A stretch of 64,000 nucleotides of DNA. Source: Auanema rhodensis. Lineage: Eukaryota; Animalia; Nematoda. The notes beneath the pieces were generated by a model. It had not been told where the DNA came from and did not search any database. It saw nothing but the letters and a program-made list of their open reading frames with translations. The stretch spans positions 10,788,001-10,852,000 of the forward strand of contig OZ059900.1 in assembly GCA_964057225.1 (NCBI GenBank). Reading direction: 5' to 3'. Within the stretch, counting starts at the first letter, position 1. Each line of letters begins with the position of its first letter. Of this stretch, positions 30,014 to 45,400 are shown piece after piece. The translations under genes and the position numbers were made by a program.

Positions 30014-30035
30014 GTCTTTACACTCTTGCCGGGAG

Positions 30036-30099
30036 TGTCGCGATAAGCGAGTAGGTTTTGTTTTTGTTATCTCTATCTCTCTCTCTATATATATACCTC

Positions 30100-30168
<69 letters not shown>

Positions 30169-30410
30169 ATCTCCTTCCTTTGTAACTAGATCAAAACACA
30201 TATGCATAACATATGTGTTAACATGTGGTATAAGTAACAGTTTATTTCAGACGACCGCCCATCAACGGAGGACAGTCTTACATTTTCAACGTTCGCAGTC
30301 AGTGATTCTATTCCGTGCTTGTCTTGTTAATTCATCAATAAACCTTTTTCTACATATTCGCTTTGTGTTTTACTTCCAACCATACTATACACTTGTGGTA
30401 TAACGCCACA
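30036..30410 (+). repeat. BEL/Pao 3' LTR (375 bp)
   Basis: Preceded by GGGAG and followed by TSD CAGGT. Confidence 0.96.
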
Positions 30411-33400
30411 CAGGTGGCTTGGCTTTATTTAGAAAATGATAGTTTGAATGGAGCATCCGTTGTCATAAAAAACAAAACTAACGATCAGGATGAGATTCGA
30501 ACTCACGCGGGGAAACCCCAATGGATTAGCAGTCCATCGCCTTAACCACTCGGCCACCTGATCACAGGGTTTTTCCAAGAATACTCTTACTTAAACAAAG
30601 AAATTATTGTGACAACAAATATCGTCAGCAAACAAATAAGAAGGTCTACGTATTAAATCAGGTGGCTTGGCTTTATTTAGAAAATGATAGTTTGAATGGA
30701 GCTTCCGTTGTCATAAAAAACAAAACTAACGATCAGGATGAGATTCGAACTGACGCGGGGAAACCCCAATGGATTAGCAGTCCATCGCCTTAACCACTCC
30801 GCCTCCTGATCACAGGGTTTTTCCAAGAATACTCTTACTTAAACAAAGAAATTATTGTGACAACAAATATCGTCAACAAACAAATAAGAAAGTCTTCCTG
30901 TTAAATCAGGTGGCTTGGCTTAATTTAGAAAATGATAGTTTGAATGGAGCATCCGTTGTCATAAAAAACAAAACTAACGATCAGGATGAGATTCGAACTC
31001 ACGCGGGGAAACCCCAATGGATTAGCAGTCCATCGCCTTAACCACTCGGCCACCTGATCACAGGGTTTTTCCAAGAATACTCTTACTTAAACAAAGAAAT
31101 TATTGTGACAACAAATATCGTCAGCAAACAAATAAGAAGGTCTACGTATTAAATCAGGTGGCTTGGCTTTATTTAGAAAATGATAGTTTGAATGGAGCTT
31201 CCGTTGTCATAAAAAACAAAACTAACGATCAGGATGAGATTCGAACTGACGCGGGGAAACCCCAATGGATTAGCAGTCCATCGCCTTAACCACTCCGCCT
31301 CCTGATCACAGGGTTTTTCCAAGAATACTCTTACTTAAACAAAGAAATTATTGTGACAACAAATATCGTCAACAAACAAATAAGAAAGTCTTCCTGTTAA
31401 ATCAGGTGGCTTGGCTTAATTTAGAAAATGATAGTTTGAATGGAGCATCCGTTGTCATAAAAAACAAAACTAACGATCAGGATGAGATTCGAACTCACGC
31501 GGGGAAACCCCAATGGATTAGCAGTCCATCGCCTTAACCACTCGGCCACCTCATCACAGGGTTTTTCCAAGAATACTCTTACTTAAACAAAGAAATTATT
31601 GTGACAACAAATATCGTCAGCAAACAAATAAGAAAGTCTTCCTATTAAATCAGGTGGCTTGGCTTTATTTAGAAAATGATAGTTTGAATGGAGCATCCGT
31701 TGTCATAAAAAACAAAACTAACGATCAGGATGAGATTCGAACTCACGCGGGGAAACCCCAATGGATTAGCAGTCTATCGCCTTAACCACTCGGCCACCTG
31801 ATCACAGGGTTTTTCCAAGAATACTCTTACTTAAACAAAGAAATAATTGTGAGAATAAATAACGTCAACAAATGAATAATATAGTCTTCCTATTAAATCA
31901 GGTGGCTTGGCTTTATTTAGAAAATGATAGTTTGAATGGAGCATCCGTTGTCATAAAAAACAAAACTAACGATCAGGATGAGATTCGAACTCACGCGGGG
32001 AAACCCCAATGGATTAGCAGTCCATCGCCTTAACCACTCGGCCACCTGATCACAGGGTTTTTCCAAGAATACTCTTACTTAAACAAAGAAATTATTGTGA
32101 GAATAAATAACGTCAACAAATGAATAATATAGTCTTCCTATTAAATCAGGTGGCTTGGCTTTATTCAGAAAATGATAGTTTGAATGGAGCATCCGTTGTC
32201 ATAAAAAACAAAACTAACGATCAGGATGAGATTCGAACTCACGCGGGGAAACCCCAATGGATTAGCAGTCCATCGCCTTAACCACTCGGCCACCTGATCA
32301 CAGGGTTTTTCCAAGAATACTCTTACATTAACAAAGAAATTATTGTGAGAATAAATAACGTCAACAAATGAATAATATAGTCTTCCTATTAAATCAGGTG
32401 GCTTGGCTTTATTTAGAAAATGATAGTTTGAATGGAGCATCCGTTGTCATAAAAAACAAAACTAACGATCAGGATGAGATTCGAACTCACGCGGGGAAAC
32501 CCCAATGGATTAGCAGTCCATCGCCTTAACCACTCGGCCACCTGATCACAGGGTTTTTCCAAGAATACTCTTACATAAACAAAGAAATTATTGTGAGAAT
32601 AAATAACGTCAACAAATGAATAATATAGTCTTCCTATTAAATCAGGTGGATTGGCTTTATTTAGAAAATGATAGTTTGAATGGAGCATCCGTTGTCATAA
32701 AAAACAAAACTAACGATCAGGATGAGATTCGAACTCACGCGGGGAAACCCCAATGGATTAGCAGTCCATCGCCTTAACCACTCGGCCACCTGATCACAGG
32801 GTTTTTCCAAGAATACTCTTACATAAAGAAAGAAATTATTGTGAGAATAAATAACGTCAACAAATGAATAATATAGTCTTCCTTTTAAATCAGGTGGCTT
32901 GGCTTTATTTAGAAAATGATAGTTTGAATGGAGCATCCGTTGTCATAAAAAACAAAACTAACGATCAGGATGAGATTCGAACTCACGCGGGGAAACCCCA
33001 ATGGATTAGCAGTCCATCGCCTTAACCACTCGGCCACCTGATCACAGGGTTTTTCCAAGAATACTCTTACATAAACAAAGAAATTATTGTGAGAATAAAT
33101 AACGTCAACAAATGAATAATATAGTCTTCCTATTAAATCAGGTGGCTTGGCTTTATTTAGAAAATGATAGTTTGAATGGAGCATCCGTTGTCATAAAAAA
33201 CAAAACTAACGATCAGGATGAGATTCGAACTCACGCGGGGAAACCCCAATGGATTAGCAGTCCATCGCCTTAACCACTCGGCCACCTGATCACAGGGTTT
33301 TTCCAAGAATACTCTTACATAAACAAAGAAATTATTGTGAGAATAAATAACGTCAACAAATGAATAATATAGTCTTACTATTAAATCAGGTGGCTTGGCT

Positions 33401-36400
33401 TTATTTAGAAAATGATAGTTTGAATGGAGCATCCGTTGTCATAAAAAACAAAACTAACGATCAGGATGAGATTCGAACTCACGCGGGGAAACCCCAATGG
33501 ATTAGCAGTCCATCGCCTTAACCACTCGGCCACCTGATCACAGGGTTTTTCCAAGAATACTCTTACTTAAACAAAGAAATTATTGTGACAACAAATATCG
33601 TCAACAAACAAATAAGAAAGTCTTCCTGTTAAATCAGGTGGCTTGGCTTCATTTAGAAAATGATAGTTTGAATGGAGCATCCGTTGTCATAAAAAACAAA
33701 ACTAACGATCAGGATGAGATTCGAACTCACGCGGGGAAACCCCAATGGATTAGCAGTCCATCGCCTTAACCACTCGGCCACCTGATCACAGGGTTTTTCC
33801 AAGAATACTCTTACATAAAGAAAGAAATTATTGTGAGAATAAATAACGTCAACAAATGAATAATATAGTCTTACTATTAAATCAGGTGGCTTGGCTTTAT
33901 TTAGAAAATGATAGTTTGAATGGAGCATCCGTTGTCATAAAAAACAAAACTAACGATCAGGATGAGATTCGAACTCACGCGGGGAAACCCAAATGGATTA
34001 GCAGTCCATCGCCTTAACCACTCGGCCACCTGATCACAGGGTTTTTCCAAGAAAACTCTTACTTAAACAAAGAAATTATTGTGACAACAAATATCGTCAA
34101 CAAACAAATAAGAAAGTCTTCCTGTTAAATCAGGTGGCTTGGCTTCATTTAGAAAATGATAGTTTGAATGGAGCATCCGTTGTCATAAAAAACAAAACTA
34201 ACGATCAGGATGAGATTCGAACTCACGCGGGGAAACCCCAATGGATTAGCAGTCCATCGCCTTAACCACTCGGCCACCTGATCACAGGGTTTTTCCAAGA
34301 ATACTCTTACATAAAGAAAGAAATTATTGTGAGAATAAATAACGTCAACAAATGAATAATATAGTCTTCCTATTAAATCAGGTGGCTTGGCTTTATTTAG
34401 AAAATGATAGTTTGAATGGAGCATCCGTTGTCATAAAAAACAAAACTAACGATCAGGATGAGATTCGAACTCACGCGGGGAAACCCCAATGGATTAGCAG
34501 TCCATCGCCTTAACCACTCGGCCACCTGATCACAGGGTTTTTCCAAGAATACTCTTACATAAACAAAGAAATTATTGTGAGAATAAATAACGTCAACAAA
34601 TGAATAATATAGTCTTCCTATTAAATCAGGTGGCTTGGCTTTATTTAGAAAATGATAGTTTGAATGGAGCATCCGTTGTCATAAAAAACAAAACTAACGA
34701 TCAGGATGAGATTCGAACTCACGCGGGGAAACCCCAATGGATTAGCAGTCCATCGCCTTAACCACTCGGCCACCTGATCACAGGGTTTTTCCAAGAAAAC
34801 TCTTACTTAAACAAAGAAATTATTGTGACAACAAATATCGTCAACAAACAAATAAGAAAGTCTTCCTGTTAAATCAGGTGGCTTGGCTTTATTTAGAAAA
34901 TGATAGTTTGAATGGAGCATCCGTTGTCATAAAAAACAAAACTAACGATCAGGATGAGATTCGAACTCACGCGGGGAAACCCCAATGGATTAGCAGTCCA
35001 TCGCCTTAACCACTCGGCCACCTGATCACAGGGTTTTTCCAAGAAAACTCTTACTTAAACAAAGAAATTATTGTGACAACAAATATCGTCAACAAACAAA
35101 TAAGAAAGTCTTCCTGTTAAATCAGGTGGCTTGGCTTCATTTAGAAAATGATAGTTTGAATGGAGCATCCGTTGTCATAAAAAACAAAACTAACGATCAG
35201 GATGAGATTCGAACTCACGCGGGGAAACCCCAATGGATTAGCAGTCCATCGCCTTAACCACTCGGCCACCTGATCACAGGGTTTTTCCAAGAATACTCTT
35301 ACATAAAGAAAGAAATTATTGTGAGAATAAATAACGTCAACAAATGAATAATATAGTCTTCCTATTAAATCAGGTGGCTTGGCTTTATTTAGAAAATGAT
35401 AGTTTGAATGGAGCATCCGTTGTCATAAAAAACAAAACTAACGATCAGGATGAGATTCGAACTCACGCGGGGAAACCCCAATGGATTAGCAGTCCATCGC
35501 CTTAACCACTCGGCCACCTGATCACAGGGTTTTTCCAAGAATACTCTTACATAAACAAAGAAATTATTGTGAGAATAAATAACGTCAACAAATGAATAAT
35601 ATAGTCTTACTATTAAATCAGGTGGCTTGGCTTTATTTAGAAAATGATAGTTTGAATGGAGCATCCGTTGTCATAAAAAACAAAACTAACGATCAGGATG
35701 AGATTCGAACTCACGCGGGGAAACCCCAATGGATTAGCAGTCCATCGCCTTAACCACTCGGCCACCTGATCACAGGGTTTTTCCAAGAAAACTCTTACTT
35801 AAACAAAGAAATTATTGTGACAACAAATATCGTCAACAAACAAATAAGAAAGTCTTCCTGTTAAATCAGGTGGCTTGGCTTCATTTAGAAAATGATAGTT
35901 TGAATGGAGCATCCGTTGTCATAAAAAACAAAACTAACGATCAGGATGAGATTCGAACTCACGCGGGGAAACCCCAATGGATTAGCAGTCCATCGCCTTA
36001 ACCACTCGGCCACCTGATCACAGGGTTTTTCCAAGAATACTCTTACTTAAACAAAGAAATTATTGTGAGAATAAATAACGTCAACAAATGAATAATATAG
36101 TCTTCCTATTAAATCAGGTGGCTTGGCTTTATTTAGAAAATGATAGTTTGAATGGAGCATCCGTTGTCATAAAAAACAAAACTAACGATCAGGATGAGAT
36201 TCGAACTCACGCGGGGAAACCCCAATGGATTAGCAGTCCATCGCCTTAACCACTCGGCCACCTGATCACAGGGTTTTTCCAAGAATACTCTTACATAAAC
36301 AAAGAAATTATTGTGAGAATAAATAACGTCAACAAATGAATAATATAGTCTTACTATTAAATCAGGTGGCTTGGCTTTATTTAGAAAATGATAGTTTGAA

Positions 36401-39400
36401 TGGAGCATCCGTTGTCATAAAAAACAAAACTAACGATCAGGATGAGATTCGAACTCACGCGGGGAAACCCCAATGGATTAGCAGTCCATCGCCTTAACCA
36501 CTCGGCCACCTGATCACAGGGTTTTTCCAAGAAAACTCTTACTTAAACAAAGAAATTATTGTGACAACAAATATCGTCAACAAACAAATAAGAAAGTCTT
36601 CCTGTTAAATCAGGTGGCTTGGCTTCATTTAGAAAATGATAGTTTGAATGGAGCATCCGTTGTCATAAAAAACAAAACTAACGATCAGGATGAGATTCGA
36701 ACTCACGCGGGGAAACCCCAATGGATTAGCAGTCCATCGCCTTAACCACTCGGCCACCTGATCACAGGGTTTTTCCAAGAATACTCTTACTTAAACAAAG
36801 AAATTATTGTGACAACAAATATCGTCAACAAATGAATAATATAATCTTCCTATTAAATCAGGTGGATTGGCTTTATTTAGAAAATGATAGTTTGAATGGA
36901 GCATCCGTTGTCATAAAAAACAAAACTAACGATCAGGATGAGATTCGAACTCACGCGGGGAAACCCCAATGGATTAGCAGTCCATCGCCTTAACCACTCG
37001 GCCACCTGATCACAGGGTTTTTCCAAGAATACTCTTACTTAAACAAAGAAATTATTGTGACAACAAATATCGTCAGCAAACAAATAAGAAAGTCTTCCTA
37101 TTAAATCAGATGGCTTGGCTTTATTTAGAAAATGATAGTTTGAATGGAGCATCCGTTGTCATAAAAAACAAAACTAACGATCAGGATGAGATTCGAACTC
37201 ACGCGGGGAAACCCCAATGGATTAGCAGTCCATCGCCTTAACCACTCGGCCACCTGATCACAGGGTTTTTCCAAGAATACTCTTACATAAACAAAGAAAT
37301 TATTGTGAGAATAAATAACGTCAACAAATGAATAATATAATCTTCCTATTAAATCAGGTGGATTGGCTTTATTTAGAAAATGATAGTTTGAATGGAGCAT
37401 CCGTTGTCATAAAAAACAAAACTAACGATCAGGATGAGATTCGAACTCACGCGGGGAAACCCCAATGGATTAGCAGTCCATCGCCTTAACCACTCGGCCA
37501 CCTGATCACAGGGTTTTTCCAAGAATACTCTTACTTAAACAAAGAAATTATTGTGACAACAAATATCGTCAGCAAACAAATAAGAAAGTCTTCCTATTAA
37601 ATCAGGTGGCTTGGCTTTATTTAGAAAATGATAGTTTGAATGGAGCATCCGTTGTCATAAAAAACAAAACTAACGATCAGGATGAGATTCGAACTCACGC
37701 GGGGAAACCCCAATGGATTAGCAGTCCATCGCCTTAAACACTCGGCCACCTGATCACAGGGTTTTTCCAAGAATACTCTTACATAAACAAAGAAATTATT
37801 GTGACAACAAATAACGTCAACAAATGAATAATATAGTCTTCCTATTAAATCAGGTGGCTTGGCTTCATTTAGAAAATGATAGTTTGAATGGAGCATCCGT
37901 TGTCATAAAAAACAAAACTAACGATCAGGATGAGATTCGCACTCACGCGGGGAAACCCCAATGGATTAGCAGTCCATCGCCTTAACCACTCGGCCACCTG
38001 ATCACAGGGTTTTTCCAAGAATACTCTTACATAAACAAAGAAATTATTGTGAGAATAAATAACGTCAACAAATGAATAATATAGTCTTCCTATTAAATCA
38101 GGTGGCTTGGCTTTATTTAGAAAATGATAGTTTGAATGGAGCATCCGTTGTCATAAAAAACAAAACTAACGATCAGGATGAGATTCGAACTCACGCGGGG
38201 AAACCCCAATGGATTAGCAGTCCATCGCCTTAACCACTCGGCCACCTGATCACAGGGTTTTTCCAAGAATACTCTTACTTAAACAAAGAAATTATTGTGA
38301 GAATAAATAACGTCAACAAATGAATAATATAGTCTTCCTATTAAATCAGGTGGCTTGGCTTTATTCAGAAAATGATAGTTTGAATGGAGCATCCGTTGTC
38401 ATAAAAAACAAAACTAACGATCAGGATGAGATTCGAACTCACGCGGGGAAACCCCAATGGATTAGCAGTCCATCGCCTTAACTACTCGGCCACCTGATCA
38501 CAGGGTTTTTCCAAGAATACTCTTACATTAACAAAGAAATTATTGTGAGAATAAATAACGTCAACAAATGAATAATATAGTCTTCCTATTAAATCAGGTG
38601 GCTTGGCTTTATTTAGAAAATGTTAGTTTGAATGGAGCATCCGTTGTCATAAAAAACAAAACTAACGATCAGGATGAGATTCGAACTCACGCGGGGAAAC
38701 CCCAATGGATTAGCAGTCCATCGCCTCAACCACTCGGCCACCTGATCACAGGGTTTTTCCAAGAATACTCTTACTTAAACAAAGAAATTATTGTGAGAAT
38801 AAATAACGTCAACAAATGAATAATATAGTCTTCCTATTAAATCAGGTGGCTTGGCTTTATTTAGAAAATGATAGTTTGAATGGAGCATCCGTTGTCATAA
38901 AAAACAAAACTAACGATCAGGATGAGATTCGAACTCACGCGGGGAAACCCCAATGGATTAGCAGTCGATCGCCTTAACCACTCGGCCACCTGATCACAGG
39001 GTTTTTCCAAGAATACTCTTACATAAACAAAGAAATTATTGTGAGAATAAATAACGTCAACAAATGAATAATATAGTCTTCCTATTAAATCAGGTGGATT
39101 GGCTTTATTTAGAAAATGATAGTTTGAATGGAGCATCCGTTGTCATAAAAAACAAAACTAACGATCAGGATGAGATTCGAACTCACGCGGGGAAACCCCA
39201 ATGGATTAGCAGTCCATCGCCTTAACCACTCGGCCACCTGATCACAGGGTTTTTCCAAGAATACTCTTACATAAAGAAAGAAATTATTGTGAGAATAAAT
39301 AACGTCAACAAATGAATAATATAGTCTTCCTATTAAATCAGGTGGCTTGGCTTTATTTAGAAAATGATAGTTTGAATGGAGCATCCGTTGTCATAAAAAA

Positions 39401-42400
39401 CAAAACTAACGATCAGGATGAGATTCGAACTCACGCGGGGAAACCCCAATGGATTAGCAGTCCATCGCCTTAACCACTCGGCCACCTGATCACAGGGTTT
39501 TTCCAAGAATACTCTTACATAAACAAAGAAATTATTGTGAGAATAAATAACGTCAACAAATGAATAATATAGTCTTCCTATTAAATCAGGTGGCTTGGCT
39601 TTATTTAGAAAATGATAGTTTGAATGGAGCATCCGTTGTCATAAAAAACAAAACTAACGATCAGGATGAGATTCGAACTCACGCGGGGAAACCCCAATGG
39701 ATTAGCAGTCCATCGCCTTAACCACTCGGCCACCTGATCACAGGGTTTTTCCAAGAAAACTCTTACTTAAACAAAGAAATTATTGTGACAACAAATATCG
39801 TCAACAAACAAATAAGAAAGTCTTCCTGTTAAATCAGGTGGCTTGGCTTCATTTAGAAAATGATAGTTTGAATGGAGCATCCGTTGTCATAAAAAACAAA
39901 ACTAACGATCAGGATGAGATTCGAACTCACGCGGGGAAACCCCAATGGATTAGCAGTCCATCGCCTTAACCACTCGGCCACCTGATCACAGGGTTTTTCC
40001 AAGAATACTCTTACTTAAACAAAGAAATTATTGTGACAACAAATATCGTCAGCAAACAAATAAGAAAGTCTTCCTATTAAATCAGGTGGCTTGGCTTTAT
40101 TTAGAAAATGATAGTTTGAATGGAGCATCCGTTGTCATAAAAAACAAAACTAACGATCAGGATGAGATTCGAACTCACGCGGGGAAACCCCAATGGATTA
40201 GCAGTCCATCGCCTTAACCACTCGGCCACCTGATCACAGGGTTTTTCCAAGAAAACTCTTACTTAAACAAAGAAATTATTGTGACAACAAATATCGTCAA
40301 CAAACAAATAAGAAAGTCTTCCTGTTAAATCAGGTGGCTTGGCTTCATTTAGAAAATGATAGTTTGAATGGAGCATCCGTTGTCATAAAAAACAAAACTA
40401 ACGATCAGGATGAGATTCGAACTCACGCGGGGAAACCCCAATGGATTAGCAGTCCATCGCCTTAACCACTCGGCCACCTGATCACAGGGTTTTTCCAAGA
40501 ATACTCTTACTTAAACAAAGAAATTATTGTGAAAATAAATAACGTCAACAAATGAATAATATAGTCTTCCTATTAAATCAGGTGGCTTGGCTTTATTTAG
40601 AAAATGATAGTTTGAATGGAGCATCCGTTGTCATAAAAAACAAAACTAACGATCAGGATGAGATTCGAACTCACGCGGGGAAACCCCAATGGATTAGCAG
40701 TCCATCGCCTTAACCACTCGGCCACCTGATCACAGGGTTTTTCCAAGAATACTCTTACATAAACAAAGAAATTATTGTGAGAATAAATAACGTCAACAAA
40801 TGAATAATATAGTCTTCCTATTAAATCAGGTGGATTGGCTTTATTTAGAAAATGATAGTTTGAATGGAGCATCCGTTGTCATAAAAAACAAAACTAACGA
40901 TCAGGATGAGATTCGAACTCACGCGGGGAAACCCCAATGGATTAGCAGTCCATCGCCTTAACCACTCGGCCACCTGATCACAGGGTTTTTCCAAGAATAC
41001 TCTTACATTAACAAAGAAATTATTGTGAGAATAAATAACGTCAACAAATGAATAATATAGTCTTCCTATTAAATCAGGTGGCTTGGCTTTATTTAGAAAA
41101 TGATAGTTTGAATGGAGCATCCGTTGTCATAAAAAACAAAACTAACGATCAGGATGAGATTCGAACTCACGCGGGGAAACCCCAATGGATTAGCAGTCCA
41201 TCGCCTTAACCACTCGACCACCTGATCACAGGGTTTTTCCAAGAATACTCTTACTTAAACAAAGAAATTATTGTGAGAATAAATAACGTCAACAAATGAA
41301 TAATATAGTCTTCCTATTAAATCAGGTGGCTTGGCTTTATTTAGAAAATGATAGTTTGAATGGAGCATCCGTTGTCATAAAAAACAAAACTAACGATCAG
41401 GATGAGATTCGAACTCACGCGGGGAAACCCCAATGGATTAGCAGTCGATCGCCTTAACCACTCGGCCACCTGATCACAGGGTTTTTCCAAGAATACTCTT
41501 ACATAAACAAAGAAATTATTGTGAGAATAAATAACGTCAACAAATGAATAATATAGTCTTCCTATTAAATCAGGTGGATTGGCTTTATTTAGAAAATGAT
41601 AGTTTGAATGGAGCATCCGTTGTCATAAAAAACAAAACTAACGATCAGGATGAGATTCGAACTCACGCGGGGAAACCCCAATGGATTAGCAGTCCATCGC
41701 CTTAACCACTCGGCCACCTGATCACAGGGTTTTTCCAAGAAAACTCTTACTTAAACAAAGAAATTATTGTGACAACAAATATCGTCAACAAACAAATAAG
41801 AAAGTCTTCCTGTTAAATCAGGTGGCTTGGCTTTATTTAGAAAATGATAGTTTGAATGGAGCATCCGTTGTCATAAAAAACAAAACTAACGATCAGGATG
41901 AGATTCGAACTCACGCGGGGAAACCCCAATGGATTAGCAGTCCATCGCCTTAACCACTCGGCCACCTGATCACAGGGTTTTTCCAAGAATACTCTTACTT
42001 AAACAAAGAAATTATTGTGACAACAAATATCGTCAGCAAACAAATAAGAAAGTCTTCCTATTAAATCAGGTGGCTTGGCTTTATTTAGAAAATGATAGTT
42101 TGAATGGAGCATCCGTTGTCATAAAAAACAAAACTAACGATCAGGATGAGATTCGAACTCACGCGGGGAAACCCCAATGGATTAGCAGTCCATCGCCTTA
42201 ACCACTCGGCCACCTGATCACAGGGTTTTTCCAAGAAAACTCTTACTTAAACAAAGAAATTATTGTGACAACAAATATCGTCAACAAACAAATAAGAAAG
42301 TCTTCCTGTTAAATCAGGTGGCTTGGCTTCATTTAGAAAATGATAGTTTGAATGGAGCATCCGTTGTCATAAAAAACAAAACTAACGATCAGGATGAGAT

Positions 42401-45400
42401 TCGAACTCACGCGGGGAAACCCCAATGGATTAGCAGTCCATCGCCTTAACCACTCGGCCACCTGATCACAGGGTTTTTCCAAGAATACTCTTACATTAAC
42501 AAAGAAATTATTGTGAAAATAAATAACGTCAACAAATGAATAATATAGTCTTCCTATTAAATCAGGTGGCTTGGCTTTATTTAGAAAATGATAGTTTGAA
42601 TGGAGCATCCGATGTCATAAAAAACAAAACTAACGATCAGGATGAGATTCGAACTCACGCGGGGAAACCCCAATGGATTAGCAGTCCATCGCCTTAACCA
42701 CTCGGCCACCTGATCACAGGGTTTTTCCAAGAAAACTCTTACTTAAACAAAGAAATTATTGTGACAACAAATATCGTCAACAAACAAATAAGAAAGTCTT
42801 CCTGTTAAATCAGGTGGCTTGGCTTCATTTAGAAAATGATAGTTTGAATGGAGCATCCGTTGTCATAAAAAACAAAACTAACGATCAGGATGAGATTCGA
42901 ACTCACGCGGGGAAACCCCAATGGATTAGCAGTCCATCGCCTTAACCACTCGGCCACCTGATCACAGGGTTTTTCCAAGAATACTCTTACTTAAACAAAG
43001 AAATTATTGTGAAAATAAATAACGTCAACAAATGAATAATATAGTCTTCCTATTAAATCAGGTGGCTTGGCTTTATTTAGAAAATGATAGTTTGAATGGA
43101 GCATCCGTTGTCATAAAAAACAAAACTAACGATCAGGATGAGATTCGAACTCACGCGGGGAAACCCCAATGGATTAGCAGTCCATCGCCTTAACCACTCG
43201 GCCACCTGATCACAGGGTTTTTCCAAGAATACTCTTACTTAAACAAAGAAATTATTGTGACAACAAATATCGTCAGCAAACAAATAAGAAAGTCTTCCTA
43301 TTAAATCAGGTGGCTTGGCTTTATTTAGAAAATGATAGTTTGAATGGAGCATCCGTTGTCATAAAAAACAAAACTAACGATCAGGATGAGATTCGAACTC
43401 ACGCGGGGAAACCCCAATGGATTAGCAGTCCATCGCCTTAACCACTCGGCCACCTGATCACAGGGTTTTTCCAAGAATACTCTTACATTAACAAAGAAAT
43501 TATTGTGAAAATAAATAACGTCAACAAATGAATAATATAGTCTTCCTATTAAATCAGGTGGCTTGGCTTTATTTAGAAAATGATAGTTTGAATGGAGCAT
43601 CCGATGTCATAAAAAACAAAACTAACGATCAGGATGAGATTCGAACTCACGCGGGGAAACCCCAATGGATTAGCAGTCCATCGCCTTAACCACTCGGCCA
43701 CCTGATCACAGGGTTTTTCCAAGAATACTCTTACATTAACAAAGAAATTATTGTGAAAATAAATAACGTCAACAAATGAATAATATAGTCTTCCTATTAA
43801 ATCAGGTGGCTTGGCTTTATTTAGAAAATGATAGTTTGAATGGAGCATCCGATGTCATAAAAAACAAAACTAACGATCAGGATGAGATTCGAACTCACGC
43901 GGGGAAACCCCAATGGATTAGCAGTCCATCGCCTTAACCACTCGGCCACCTGATCACAGGGTTTTTCCAAGAATACTCTTACTTAAACAAAGAAATTATT
44001 GTGAAAATAAATAACGTCAACAAATGAATAATATAGTCTTCCTATTAAATCAGGTGGCTTGGCTTTATTTAGAAAATGATAGTTTGAATGGAGCATCCGA
44101 TGTCATAAAAAACAAAACTAACGATCAGGATGAGATTCGAACTCACGCGGGGAAACCCCAATGGATTAGCAGTCCATCGCCTTAACCACTCGGCCACCTG
44201 ATCACAGGGTTTTTCCAAGAATACTCTTACTTAAACAAAGAAATTATTGTGAAAATAAATAACGTCAACAAATGAATAATATAGTCTTCCTATTAAATCA
44301 GGTGGCTTGGCTTTATTTAGAAAATGATAGTTTGAATGGAGCATCCGTTGTCATAAAAAACAAAACTAACGATCAGGATGAGATTCGAACTCACGCGGGG
44401 AAACCCCAATGGATTAGCAGTCCATCGCCTTAACCACTCGGCCACCTGATCACAGGGTTTTTCCAAGAATACTCTTACATAAACAAAGAAATTATTGTGA
44501 GAATAAATAACGTCAACAAATGAATAATATAGTCTTCCTATTAAATCAGGTGGATTGGCTTTATTTAGAAAATGATAGTTTGAATGGAGCATCCGTTGTC
44601 ATAAAAAACAAAACTAACGATCAGGATGAGATTCGAACTCACGCGGGGAAACCCCAATGGATTAGCAGTCCATCGCCTTAACCACTCGGCCACCTGATCA
44701 CAGGGTTTTTCCAAGAATACTCTTACATTAACAAAGAAATTATTGTGAGAATAAATAACGTCAACAAATGAATAGTATAGTCTTCCTATTAAATCAGGTG
44801 GCTTGGCTTTATTTAGAAAATGATAGTTTGAATGGAGCATCCGTTGTCATAAAAAACAAAACTAACGATCAGGATGAGATTCGAACTCACGCGGGGAAAC
44901 CCCAATGGATTAGCAGTCCATCGCCTTAACCACTCGGCCACCTGATCACAGGGTTTTTCCAAGAATACTCTTACTTAAACAAAGAAATTATTGTGAGAAT
45001 AAATAACGTCAACAAATGAATAATATAGTCTTCCTATTAAATCAGGTGGCTTGGCTTTATTTAGAAAATGATAGTTTGAATGGAGCATCCGTTGTCATAA
45101 AAAACAAAACTAACGATCAGGATGAGATTCGAACTCACGCGGGGAAACCCCAATGGATTAGCAGTCGATCGCCTTAACCACTCGGCCACCTGATCACAGG
45201 GTTTTTCCAAGAATACTCTTACATAAACAAAGAAATTATTGTGAGAATAAATAACGTCAACAAATGAATAATATAGTCTTCCTATTAAATCAGGTGGATT
45301 GGCTTTATTTAGAAAATGATAGTTTGAATGGAGCATCCGTTGTCATAAAAAACAAAACTAACGATCAGGATGAGATTCGAACTCACGCGGGGAAACCCCA

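Larger units (their letters stand above)
4945..30410 (+). mobile_element. BEL/Pao (belpaovirus) LTR retrotransposon with env, full length, interrupted by Maverick copy 1
   Basis: Two 375-bp TG...CA LTRs, 5-bp TSD CAGGT (4940-4944 and 30411-30415), PBS, gag-pol-env and an extra 3' ORF. Confidence 0.96.

Noticed and set aside
4945-30410. Maverick carried as retrotransposed cargo of the BEL/Pao element
   Set aside because: The Maverick has its own 6-bp TSD, and its sense-strand introns are retained, which passage through an RNA intermediate should have removed.
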